A DNA stretch of 64,000 nt from an uncultured Clostridia bacterium (lineage in GTDB: Bacteria > Bacillota > Clostridia > Oscillospirales > Acutalibacteraceae). A program made the translations under genes and the position numbers. The stretch spans positions 84-64,083 of the forward strand of contig CAMHAH010000016.1 in assembly GCA_946183365.1 (NCBI GenBank), written 5' to 3'. Below the pieces are notes generated by a model. It was not told the origin of the DNA, made no database searches, and saw only the letters and a program-made list of their open reading frames with translations. This document shows, piece after piece, positions 33,068 to 42,471 of this stretch. Every line of letters begins with the position of its first letter. Within the stretch, counting starts at the first letter, position 1.

Positions 33068-36000
33068 ATGAGCAGAAAGCAAGTGCAAAAATCGCCTATA
33101 GACCGTGTGCAGGTAAAGCCTGACGCCGGCTTGACGGCACAACAGGTAGAAGAAAGGGTCAAAAAAGGCCATGTAAATATAGCTACCGATCCCAATGAGA
33201 AGAGTACCTTAAAGATCATCGCAGGCAATCTGTTTACCTTTTTCAATGTTGTATTGATGATCATAGCGGCTATATTCCTTATTTTTATGATCTACCTTAA
33301 TTCGATAGGCAGGTCGGATATAGTCAATCAGTATTTCGGTTTCTCTAAATTCATATTCCTTATCCCGGCTGTAATGAACGTAGCTATGGGTTCGTTCCAG
33401 GAGATAAAGAGCCTTAACGTTATCAAGAAGCTGCGTATAGTCACAAGCACTAAGAGCAGAGTTATACGCGACGGCAAGATCGAGGCCGTAGACGCCGAAG
33501 AGATCGTTTTGGATGATATCGTAGCTCTTTCGGCAGGCGATCAAGCTACAGCCGATCTCATCGTCCTTACGGGCGAGGTAGAGGTCGATGAGAGTATGCT
33601 TACAGGTGAAGCCGATCATATCAAAAAGCATACCGGCGATACGATACTCTCGGGCTCAGCCATCATTGTCGGTTCGGCTCGCTGCCGCGCGGATAAGGTA
33701 GGCGACGATACATATGCCGCCGAGCTCACACGCAAGGTAAAGAGCGGCTCGAGCCATAAGTCTGAGCTGATGTCCTCTATAATGAAGATAATCAAGTTCC
33801 TGACGGTCGGTCTTTGTATAGCCGTCGCGGTCGTTACAGCTACGCTGGTTATCAAGATCAGCGTTACGGGCAGCAACGCCGACATCTGGAACGGCTTGCA
33901 GCTCTCTTTGAACGATCCGGTAACATGGTCGCTTATAGTTATGACCGACGGTATGTTCGGTATAGGTATGATCCCCACGGGTCTGGTTTTGACTACGTCA
34001 GTGGCTTTGATGGTATCCATCGCTCAGCTTACCAAAAAGCAAACGCTTGTACAGGAGCTTTATTCTCTTGAAAATCTCTCCCGCGTAGATGTTATCTGCC
34101 TTGATAAGACAGGTACCCTGACCGACGGCACCATGTCGGTCAGCGAGGTAAAGGCATTCATACCTATGGAAGAGGTAGAACGTCACGCCCGCGCTCTGAT
34201 AAAGTCAGCGGGCGAGAGGAACGCAACTTCTGAGGCGGTTTATCAAAAGTTCGGTATGGACGAGAACGCTCAGTACCGTGAGGAAATACCCTTCTCAAGC
34301 GCGAACAAATACTCCGGTCTTATATATAACGACGGCAAGAAGCTCTTGATGGGCGCTCCCGAGTATCTGTTGCCTAAGGATGACGAAAGGCTCGGGTATG
34401 TTGTTGATCGAGCCAAAGAAGGCAACCGTGTTATCGCGCTCACCCTCGACGGCGAGCTGATAGCGTTCATATCTATCGAGGATCATATACGCGAGACCGC
34501 CGCTGATACGCTCAAATTCTTCAGAGAAAACGGCGTTACCGTAAAGGTCATATCGGGCGATAACCCGATCACCGTAAGTAATATAGCGCAGAAATGCGGT
34601 ATAGTAAACGCTGAGAAATATATTTCTCTCGCGGGCGTAGCCTTAGAGGATATCCCCGCTATCGCTGAGGAATACACGGTATTTGCCCGCGTATCGCCTG
34701 AGCAGAAAGAGGCTCTGGTAATGGCTCTGCAGTCAAAGGGCCATAAGGTAGCTATGACCGGCGACGGTGTAAACGATATCCTCGCTCTGCGCCGTTCGGA
34801 TTCTTCTATCACCTTCGCTAAGGCTACAGAGGCGGCTAAGTCCTGCTCCGACGTTATCCTGCTCGACAATGATTTCAGCCACCTTAAAGAGGTAGTAGGC
34901 GAGGGCAGACGCGTTATCGGAAACACCCAGAAAACCGCTGTTCTCTATCTGATGAAGTCTATAGCGACATTCATCCTCGCGTTCGCGCTCATACCGTTCG
35001 CGAAGGGTCAGATGTGGTTCTCTATCGAGAATATGTATATGCTCGAGGCTGCCGTTATAGGTACGGGCGGTTTCCTGCTTTCACTCGAGCCCAGACGTAC
35101 GCCTATAAAGGGCGCGTTCCTGAAGAACATCGTTTCTCAGTCCATATGCGCAGGTATATTGGCTGCATTCGCTATACTTCTGCCGATACTGTTATATACG
35201 ATACCTACATCGATGGGCATAACTCCGTTTGTATCTTTGGAAAATGTCCGCACCATGATGACGATCATGCTGTCTGTTGCGGGTATAGTGGTTATCTTCT
35301 CTATGTGCATACCGTTCAACAGATACAGAGCTTTAGCCTTGACAGCTGTTATAGCTGTCGCTACGACCCTCGGTATGATGCTGCCGTCCGCTTATATCGG
35401 AGGCAGACCTATAGGTTCGAATATGGTCGCTTTTGATAAAGCAGCGGGTCAGACCTTCTTTGACTCTCAGCTAATGCAGGAGATGTTCCATCCGTTCAGA
35501 TCGGACGCTATAAAGTCTCTGGTAGCCGATACAAATAACTTTATTGTGCTTCGTATATTCCTATATATAGCTATCCCCGCGTTTATCCTGATCCGCTTTG
35601 CCGTAGAGAACTATAACCGCAGGGAATACAAGGACGTCAAGAAAAACCGCTCTTTCCGCATAGGCAGACGCTTTATGCTCGCCTCTGGCTTTGTGCTGGT
35701 GATAAGAGCCCTCCTGGCTATGGCTGAGCTTATCGCGTCTAATACATATCTTATCGTACCTAAGGAGACCGTGGATATGTATAAGGCTGTAGAGATCAAT
35801 GCTACGATCATATTGCTCCACTTGGCGATAGGCGTGATAGGCTATAAGCTGTGGAAGGATCCCACCAAGAAAATGATAAAGATAGCTTTCTGGTCCGCTA
35901 TGTTGCTTGTTGTCCTGACCGTTATCCAGATGATATCTATGGGATCGATAATCAATGAGGACAGTACGCTGCTGATGATAGACAGTATCGAGATACTGGC

Positions 36001-36085
36001 GGCTGCCATCGCGTATGTTATAGGCGCGATAATAGTCCGCAAACAGATCAATCTCGGACTTGATAAGCCGAGAGATCAGGTATAA
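33068..36085 (+). CDS. P-type cation-transporting ATPase (HAD-IC) with a C-terminal membrane extension
   Basis: TGEA actuator motif, DKTGTLT phosphorylation site, GDGVND hinge. About 170 extra C-terminal residues with further hydrophobic helices. Confidence 0.9.
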   Translation: MSRKQVQKSPIDRVQVKPDAGLTAQQVEERVKKGHVNIATDPNEKSTLKIIAGNLFTFFNVVLMIIAAIFLIFMIYLNSIGRSDIVNQYFGFSKFIFLIPAVMNVAMGSFQEIKSLNVIKKLRIVTSTKSRVIRDGKIEAVDAEEIVLDDIVALSAGDQATADLIVLTGEVEVDESMLTGEADHIKKHTGDTILSGSAIIVGSARCRADKVGDDTYAAELTRKVKSGSSHKSELMSSIMKIIKFLTVGLCIAVAVVTATLVIKISVTGSNADIWNGLQLSLNDPVTWSLIVMTDGMFGIGMIPTGLVLTTSVALMVSIAQLTKKQTLVQELYSLENLSRVDVICLDKTGTLTDGTMSVSEVKAFIPMEEVERHARALIKSAGERNATSEAVYQKFGMDENAQYREEIPFSSANKYSGLIYNDGKKLLMGAPEYLLPKDDERLGYVVDRAKEGNRVIALTLDGELIAFISIEDHIRETAADTLKFFRENGVTVKVISGDNPITVSNIAQKCGIVNAEKYISLAGVALEDIPAIAEEYTVFARVSPEQKEALVMALQSKGHKVAMTGDGVNDILALRRSDSSITFAKATEAAKSCSDVILLDNDFSHLKEVVGEGRRVIGNTQKTAVLYLMKSIATFILAFALIPFAKGQMWFSIENMYMLEAAVIGTGGFLLSLEPRRTPIKGAFLKNIVSQSICAGILAAFAILLPILLYTIPTSMGITPFVSLENVRTMMTIMLSVAGIVVIFSMCIPFNRYRALALTAVIAVATTLGMMLPSAYIGGRPIGSNMVAFDKAAGQTFFDSQLMQEMFHPFRSDAIKSLVADTNNFIVLRIFLYIAIPAFILIRFAVENYNRREYKDVKKNRSFRIGRRFMLASGFVLVIRALLAMAELIASNTYLIVPKETVDMYKAVEINATIILLHLAIGVIGYKLWKDPTKKMIKIAFWSAMLLVVLTVIQMISMGSIINEDSTLLMIDSIEILAAAIAYVIGAIIVRKQINLGLDKPRDQV

Positions 36086-36122
36086 AGCAGCAGTGGTATA
36101 AAAATCGAATATTTACATATTA

Positions 36123-36177
36123 ACCCGATTGTGCGGGCTGTTATGCAGCACCCGCGCGATCGGGTCGTTTTTTGCCG
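36123..36177 (+). terminator. Terminator of the P-type ATPase gene
   Basis: Long imperfect GC-rich stem (CCCGATTGTGCGGGCTG / CAGCACCCGCGCGATCGGG), followed by a T6 run. Confidence 0.8.
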
Positions 36178-36182
36178 CGATC

Positions 36183-36395
36183 ACACCTGATAAGGTGTAG
36201 AATACCTCTCTACCTAAAGGAGAAACGGCTTCTATAGGATGAACAGCTTCAATAAAACTCATGTATTAAAAAGTATAAAAGTGTTCCGAACAAACCGCAT
36301 AGCTATGCCGCTTCTACTGTGAGTAGAGAGGCTTCACAGTTCTACGAGGTGTAGAATGACAAAATATGTGCTCTACCGACAAATAATATATTTGT
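36183..36395. other. Hairpin-dense, repeat-rich intergenic segment. Could be a structured RNA or an operator array; identity unknown.
   Basis: The 11-mer AGGTGTAGAAT occurs twice (36193, 36347). TCTAC/GTAGA arms form at least four hairpins. 9-bp long-range complement between 36205-36213 and 36323-36331. Confidence 0.35.
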
Positions 36396-36500
36396 AGACG
36401 AAAAATATTTAAAAATGTCTTTTCTTTTGCAAAATAATCATTATAATATATCATAGAGATATGCGGCAGAAATCTGATTTGTGCGTATCGGAGGGTATAG

Positions 36501-37301
36501 GTGGACAAGCGTAAGGTAATTTATTATCAGGATGAGCTGAAGGATGAATTCTCAACAGCTGTTATAGAACCTAAGAAGATCGACGGAAGCTATGTCTATG
36601 ACAGACACGGTTTCTTTCGTTCTGTCAGCAGGTTTTTCTGGTATAGGATAATAGCTACACCTATAGCGTTCATATACGCGAAGCTCGTTTTGCATCAGAG
36701 GTCGGTCGGTAAAGAAAAGCTCAAGCCTTTTCGCAAGCAGGGCTTTTATATCTTCGGCAACCATACTCAGGATATCGGAGATCCGTTTACTCCTAATGTT
36801 TTCGGGTTTCCCAAGACCGTGTCGTTTATCGTTCACGCCAATAATGTTTCGATGCCGGTGCTCGGCAGGATCAATCCGTCCTTGGGAGCTGTACCGCTGC
36901 CGGATAATATGGAAGCATACAGAAACTTTCTGAATTGTATCAAGGGACGTATCGAGCGCGGAGATATGCTGGTGATTTACCCCGAGGCTCATATTTGGCC
37001 TTATTATACCAAGATCCGTAATTTCCCGGATGATTCATTCGGATATCCGGCTAAGTCCGGTACACCTGTATTCTGCTTTGTAAATACCTATCAGAAGCGC
37101 GGCAACTTAAAGAAGCCCGCTATGGTGACCTATATCGACGGTCCTTTTTATCCCGATATGGAGCTTCCGCTCGTAAAGCGCCGTAAGAAGCTGCGCGATG
37201 AAGTCTATGAGACTATGTGCAATCGAGCGGAGAACTCTGATGTCGAGGTAATAAAGTATATAAGAAAGGAAGACGCCGAGGTCGGCGCCGAGGCTGAATA
37301 A
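36501..37301 (+). CDS. Lysophospholipid (PlsC-like) acyltransferase family protein
   Basis: GNHTQDIGD and IYPEAHIW blocks resemble LPLAT motifs I and III. GTG start with GGAGGG 5 nt upstream. Confidence 0.65.
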   Translation: MDKRKVIYYQDELKDEFSTAVIEPKKIDGSYVYDRHGFFRSVSRFFWYRIIATPIAFIYAKLVLHQRSVGKEKLKPFRKQGFYIFGNHTQDIGDPFTPNVFGFPKTVSFIVHANNVSMPVLGRINPSLGAVPLPDNMEAYRNFLNCIKGRIERGDMLVIYPEAHIWPYYTKIRNFPDDSFGYPAKSGTPVFCFVNTYQKRGNLKKPAMVTYIDGPFYPDMELPLVKRRKKLRDEVYETMCNRAENSDVEVIKYIRKEDAEVGAEAE

Positions 37302-37305
37302 TAAT

Positions 37306-38124
37306 ATGCTGAACGTACTGTTTTGCGGCAACGACGGCGTTTTTAACGGATTTCTGACCTGCGCGCTGTCTATGCTAAAGAGGACGGCATCAAAGGAGCC
37401 GTTCTCTTTCAACATATTCACCATGAACCTTACAAGGATCGACAAGAGATTTACTACGATCCCCGAGGAGCATATAAAGCTGTTTGACAGCGTTATCAAG
37501 AAGTATAACCCCGAGAACCGCGTAAAGGTTTTTGATGTTACCGATATATACGAGAGGGAGCTCGGGGGCTGTCCCAATGAGGGCGCTTACTGTTCTCCGT
37601 ATACGCTGATAAGATTGCTTGCCGATCTGGTTGACGGTATGCCCGATAAGCTCTTATATCTTGACGCCGATATCATGTTCAACCGTGATCCTCATCTTCT
37701 GTATGATATCGATATCAGCAACGTCGAATACGCTGCCGCAAGAGATCACTACGGCAAATATATATTAAGCCCTAATTATGTAAACGCGGGCGTTATCCTG
37801 ATGAATATGAAGCGTATGCGTGAGACAGGTCTGTTTGTCAAGGCGAGGAATGAACTTCGCAGAAAGAAATTCCTCTTTGCCGATCAGACCGCGCTGAGAA
37901 AATCAACTACCGAGAAAAAGATGTTGCCGCAGCGCTTTAACGACCAGAAATTCCTGCATAAGCACACCGTGGTGCGCCACTTTTCAAAGAGGCTTTTCTG
38001 GCTGCCTTATCCCCATACCGAGAATATCAAGCAATGGCAGATCGATAAGGTACACAACGTATTTCACTATCACCAATTTGATGATGTCCTCGAAGAGTAT
38101 TCCGAGATCATGAAGAACAATTAA
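37306..38124 (+). CDS. Glycosyltransferase family 8
   Basis: YLDADIMF (DxD), NAGVILMN, ADQTAL motifs. Confidence 0.8.
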   Translation: MLNVLFCGNDGVFNGFLTCALSMLKRTASKEPFSFNIFTMNLTRIDKRFTTIPEEHIKLFDSVIKKYNPENRVKVFDVTDIYERELGGCPNEGAYCSPYTLIRLLADLVDGMPDKLLYLDADIMFNRDPHLLYDIDISNVEYAAARDHYGKYILSPNYVNAGVILMNMKRMRETGLFVKARNELRRKKFLFADQTALRKSTTEKKMLPQRFNDQKFLHKHTVVRHFSKRLFWLPYPHTENIKQWQIDKVHNVFHYHQFDDVLEEYSEIMKNN

Positions 38125-38146
38125 CAACAACGGAGGGTTTACCGAT

Positions 38147-39931
38147 ATGCAAAAGATAAATGTTCCTGTTTTCTTTGCGTGTGACGACGCTTTTGTAAAA
38201 TATATGATCGTCTCTATGAAGTCGCTCATAGTCAACGCGTCACGCGATTATGATTATACGCTGTATGTGCTGCACACTTCTATCGCGGAGGAGACAAAGA
38301 AGAAAACCTTTGAGCTTGAAGAAGAGGGCTTTCGCATAGTATTTGTCGATGTGACCGAGAGACTGAGCGATATTTCAAAAAATCTCCCGATACGCGATTA
38401 CTATTCAAACGCGACATATTTCCGCCTGTTTATCGCGGATATGTTCCCTGAGCTCGACAAGGCTATTTATATCGACAGCGATACCGTTGTCCAGGGCGAT
38501 ATCAGCGAGCTGTTTATGACAGATCTCGGCGAGAACTGGCTCGGCGCCTGTCATGAGCAGGCTATGGTGCAGACGGATCACTACGGCACATACGCCGAGA
38601 AGGTCGTCGGTGTGTCCCGCTATAATTTCTTCAATGCCGGCGTATTATTGATAAACTGCAAGATTTTCAGAGAGAGCATACTGCTCAAGAAGTTTGCCGA
38701 CAGGCTGTCTGAGTATAACTTTGTAGTAACTCAGGACGAAGATTATCTCAACCTTATTTGTAAAGATCATATCCTCTGGCTCGATCAGCGTTGGAACACC
38801 GAGGCATACTGTGAGTTCCCTTATCCTATAGAAGAGGCTAAGATCATCCACTACATCATGGTCAGCAAGCCGTGGCATTATGAGAACGTTGTCGGCGGAG
38901 ATATTTTCTGGAAGTATGCAGCGATGACCTCAGTATATGACGAGATCAAAAATGTTCTTGAGAGCTATACCGATGAGGAGCGCTCACGCGATGAGCAGGT
39001 CATGTATAATCTGCTTGAGCTCGCTAAACAAGAGACCGAGCGTGACGATAATTACCAGCGTCAGCTCAATAATTCCGTCAGAGCCAAGGATAGGGTAGAG
39101 ATACTCGAGAAGATAGCTCAGTATGAGAGAGAGGGCCGTTTCGCGGAGGATGTTGAGAACGATCCGCCGTCCCGCGTGCTCATGCCGGATGAGATAAAAT
39201 ACGGTACAAAGGGTATCAAGAAGAGAGTAAAGAGCAAGCTTGCTTTTGCTGTAGCAAGGCGCTTTGTAAACTCTCTTTTAGATGATAAGAAGCTTATCAT
39301 AAAGGATATCAAGGGTATCGAGAATTTCAAGAACCTCAATACCGGAGCGATCATCACCTGCAACCACTTCAACGCCTTTGACAGCTTTGCTATCCAGCTT
39401 GCATATGACGCCGCCGAGCAGCCCGACCGCCGTTTCTATCGTGTTATCAGAGAGGGCAACTATACATCGTTCCCCGGCTTCTACGGCTTTTTGATGCGTA
39501 ACTGCGATACTCTGCCGCTCTCTTCAAACCTCGGTACCATGAAGAAGTTCATGAAAGCTGTTGATGAGCTGTTAAAAGAAGGTCACTATATCCTTGTATA
39601 TCCCGAGCAGTCGATGTGGTGGAACTATCGCAAGCCTAAGCCCCTCAAGAACGGCGCTTATATCTTCGCGTTCCGCAACGACGTTCCCGTACTGCCGTGC
39701 TTTATAACCATGAAAGATTCCGATATCATGGGAGATGACGGCTTCTATGTACAGGAGTACACTATCCATATCGGCGAGCCTATCTATCCCAACCAGTCGC
39801 TCGCTTACCGTGAGGGTGTACAGGATATGCTCGATAAGAATTTCGCTGTATGGAAAGATATATATGAGCGCGAGTATCAGATGCCGCTCAAATACGATAC
39901 AGAGGATCCTAAAAAAGCCCCGAAAGTATAA
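38147..39931 (+). CDS. Fusion protein: N-terminal GT8 glycosyltransferase plus C-terminal PlsC-like acyltransferase
   Basis: GT8 motifs: YIDSDTVV, FNAGVLLIN, QDEDYLN, LDQRWN. LPLAT motifs: CNHFNAFD (HX4D), VYPEQSMWW. GGAGGG RBS. Confidence 0.8.
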   Translation: MQKINVPVFFACDDAFVKYMIVSMKSLIVNASRDYDYTLYVLHTSIAEETKKKTFELEEEGFRIVFVDVTERLSDISKNLPIRDYYSNATYFRLFIADMFPELDKAIYIDSDTVVQGDISELFMTDLGENWLGACHEQAMVQTDHYGTYAEKVVGVSRYNFFNAGVLLINCKIFRESILLKKFADRLSEYNFVVTQDEDYLNLICKDHILWLDQRWNTEAYCEFPYPIEEAKIIHYIMVSKPWHYENVVGGDIFWKYAAMTSVYDEIKNVLESYTDEERSRDEQVMYNLLELAKQETERDDNYQRQLNNSVRAKDRVEILEKIAQYEREGRFAEDVENDPPSRVLMPDEIKYGTKGIKKRVKSKLAFAVARRFVNSLLDDKKLIIKDIKGIENFKNLNTGAIITCNHFNAFDSFAIQLAYDAAEQPDRRFYRVIREGNYTSFPGFYGFLMRNCDTLPLSSNLGTMKKFMKAVDELLKEGHYILVYPEQSMWWNYRKPKPLKNGAYIFAFRNDVPVLPCFITMKDSDIMGDDGFYVQEYTIHIGEPIYPNQSLAYREGVQDMLDKNFAVWKDIYEREYQMPLKYDTEDPKKAPKV

Positions 39932-39944
39932 AGTTATATCAATG

Positions 39945-39985
39945 AATAAACGCCCTTCCGTTCGGAAGGGCGTTGCTGTGTTTTC
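39945..39985. terminator. Bidirectional terminator (GT8 fusion gene / membrane protein gene)
   Basis: 11-bp stem AACGCCCTTCC/GGAAGGGCGTT with a GTTC loop. Confidence 0.85.
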
Positions 39986-39991
39986 AGAGTA

Positions 39992-40882
39992 TTATTCGAT
40001 CGTTCTGAGATCTATGCGCGGGATACCGCTGTCATAATAAATCCTCATTTCGTAATAGTAAGACGTTTTGTCTGTGTTTATTGTTATAATACCCGTGCCG
40101 AAATCGTGAGCATGGATAGTTATCATATCATCTTCGTAAGAAGAAAGCGACACTTCGGCAAGCTCAGCGCGATCTAATGAAATGACGGAGTTCTCAGTCA
40201 GTTCCGGGTCACCGGGAAGAATATTATTTGCAGTCAAATCTACCTTGGGAGCGATCAGAATAATGACCGCTACGGTAACTATAGGAATAGCAGCTCCAAT
40301 CAGTCTTTGAGGCAGCTTGGGCAAAAACGCGAATACATAAAACAGTATTTGTATTACGCAGAATAATCCCGTGACTATCATTTTCGGGAAGGATGAGATA
40401 CACGTTCTGAACGCTTCGAGAGCAGTATAACCGAGGAACGCGAGTACGGGTGAGAGTATCAACAGGCTTATCCAGTTGCGCTTAGTGATGAACCAGCCTA
40501 CAAACGCCATCGGAAAGGTGAATAATGTCCAGATGAACCAGTACTTGTAATACATGAATAGTCCCCAGCCTAAATCAGAGAACGGGACCTGGAACAGATA
40601 TATCAGCGGCTGGCTGATAAGGAAGAACACAAATGTCTTGAGGGCTGATTCAAGCGGCTTCTTGCAGTTCGACATGATGATGACCGCGAAGAATATCCAG
40701 GCCTCGAAGGTTTCTCCCATCCTCATGAAGGAGGTCTTGAAGAATATCGGAACTGTCAGGAAAACAGCAGATAATATCGCTGTACCGACAGCAAACAGTA
40801 TGACTGAAAGCCAGCTCATGTTCAGTCCGCCGAATAATTTATCGGTGAATTTTCTAATAAAATTGGGGTTTTGCTTTTCCAT
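39992..40882 (-). CDS. Polytopic membrane protein, hypothetical
   Basis: Starts 13 nt after the GH13 lipoprotein gene. Multiple TM helices and a soluble C-terminal beta-rich segment. Weak RBS, so the start is uncertain. Confidence 0.55.
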   Translation of the reverse strand: MEKQNPNFIRKFTDKLFGGLNMSWLSVILFAVGTAILSAVFLTVPIFFKTSFMRMGETFEAWIFFAVIIMSNCKKPLESALKTFVFFLISQPLIYLFQVPFSDLGWGLFMYYKYWFIWTLFTFPMAFVGWFITKRNWISLLILSPVLAFLGYTALEAFRTCISSFPKMIVTGLFCVIQILFYVFAFLPKLPQRLIGAAIPIVTVAVIILIAPKVDLTANNILPGDPELTENSVISLDRAELAEVSLSSYEDDMITIHAHDFGTGIITINTDKTSYYYEMRIYYDSGIPRIDLRTIE

Positions 40883-40895
40883 TGTATTATCCGAA

Positions 40896-42368
40896 TTAAT
40901 TATTTGTATTTATTGTAAGGACATAAAACTCATACGGCTTATAATCCTTGTGCTCAAAGTCCTTAGCTGTCAATTCAACGGGAGTAGTGTCGAGAGCGGT
41001 TCCGTCGTGATGGATGACGCAGGTAGCTTTGTCAAAGTCCAGTTCGGCGCTGATATCCGATAAGCTCTCATAATACAGATTGCTGATATATATGACCTTA
41101 TTATTACCGTTTGTTCTTGAGAAAGAGAAGAGCTTTGAGTTATCAGTTTTAATGAATTCGATTTCCTTGTTTGTAGAAGCGAGAGCCGCGTTCTCTGCTT
41201 TAAGCTTAGATAAAGCGGTGATAAGCTCGGCGTATTTTGGATTATCCTCCCATTTGACCGTATCCTTTTCAAAGAACTCTATCTCATGGTCATAGCCCTC
41301 TTCGTCTGAGGTATAAATAAGCGGGATACCCGGAGTTATATAGGTGAGCGCGAGGAGCGTCTGATAGGTATCCTTGAACCTTTCTACGATACTGCCTTCA
41401 TATGAATTTTTGTCATGATTGTCAAGATAATTCATCGGGAAGCTGTCGCCGATATAATTCTGATGTACGCTCATGACATTCTGTATCGAAGAAGTAGCTA
41501 CGCCGTTCTTGGTCATTGTGGCTTCGCCGTACAAGGCGTCGTTGTAGCAGCTGTCAAAGGCGTATTCGGTGAAGCTCTGTGCTGCTGACGCCTCTGCAAG
41601 CATCATTATCTCGCTGTTGACGGACTTAAGACGGTAGACAGCCGCGTTCCAGAACGGAGCGGGTACGCCCGCAGCGTGGTCGCATCTGAAGCCGTCTATG
41701 CCTATATCCTTGATCCAGTACTGCATACACTTGATCATCTCATAGCGCATTTCGTAATTGTCATAATCAAGCTGAGCGGTATCGGTCCAGTCATAAGGCG
41801 ACTCGATCTCACCGTTCTTATCGTGAACATACCAGTCGCTGTGTTCTTTTATCCACGGATTATCCCAGCCAGTATGATTGGCTACCCAGTCGATAAGCAC
41901 CTTGAAGCCCATGCTGTGAGCTAACTTGACCATGTTCTTGAAATCGTCTATCGTGCCGAACTCGGGGTTTATGTTAAGATAATTGCTTACAGCGTAATAA
42001 GACCCGAGGGTGCCCTTTCTCTCTGTCTCGCTGATAGGATGGATGGGCATGAACCATAAGGTGTTGACGCCCATTTTTTTGAGGCGTTCAAGATGCTTTT
42101 CAAAGGCTTTGAAGGTGCCTTCCTCTGTAAACTGTCTTACGTTGACCTCATATAATACGCAGGTATCGAGCCAAGAAGCGGTGGTTTTTTTGAGGATAGG
42201 ATCGTCAGATGCGATATCGGTCATTATGCCGTTGACGACGCTGCCTTCTTTAACGTTGTTTGACATAGTATAGTCATTCTTCTTCGCTGCGGTATTATTG
42301 GATGAGCCGCAGGCCGCGAGTGATAAAACCGTCAGGAAAGCTAATGTGAGAGCAAGAAACTTTTTCAT
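40896..42368 (-). CDS. GH13 alpha-amylase family lipoprotein
   Basis: Lipobox LAAC-G. GH13 regions DWVANHT, GFRCDHAAG, MLAEA, YLDNHD. Start re-set to MKKFLAL (AAGGAG 7 nt upstream). Confidence 0.9.
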   Translation of the reverse strand: MKKFLALTLAFLTVLSLAACGSSNNTAAKKNDYTMSNNVKEGSVVNGIMTDIASDDPILKKTTASWLDTCVLYEVNVRQFTEEGTFKAFEKHLERLKKMGVNTLWFMPIHPISETERKGTLGSYYAVSNYLNINPEFGTIDDFKNMVKLAHSMGFKVLIDWVANHTGWDNPWIKEHSDWYVHDKNGEIESPYDWTDTAQLDYDNYEMRYEMIKCMQYWIKDIGIDGFRCDHAAGVPAPFWNAAVYRLKSVNSEIMMLAEASAAQSFTEYAFDSCYNDALYGEATMTKNGVATSSIQNVMSVHQNYIGDSFPMNYLDNHDKNSYEGSIVERFKDTYQTLLALTYITPGIPLIYTSDEEGYDHEIEFFEKDTVKWEDNPKYAELITALSKLKAENAALASTNKEIEFIKTDNSKLFSFSRTNGNNKVIYISNLYYESLSDISAELDFDKATCVIHHDGTALDTTPVELTAKDFEHKDYKPYEFYVLTINTNN

Positions 42369-42471
42369 AATTCTACTCCTTATCAATAGGTTGTATGTAG
42401 TGTTATAAGTATACCTGTTTTGTATGGGGCTTGTCAATCAAAAAAAGGACGAAGTAAATCGCCCTTTTATA

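Noticed and set aside
36314-36508. 64-aa minus-strand ORF in the structured intergenic region
   Set aside because: It has no RBS, its composition is AT-driven (Tyr/Ile/Phe-rich), and it overlaps the start of the acyltransferase gene.
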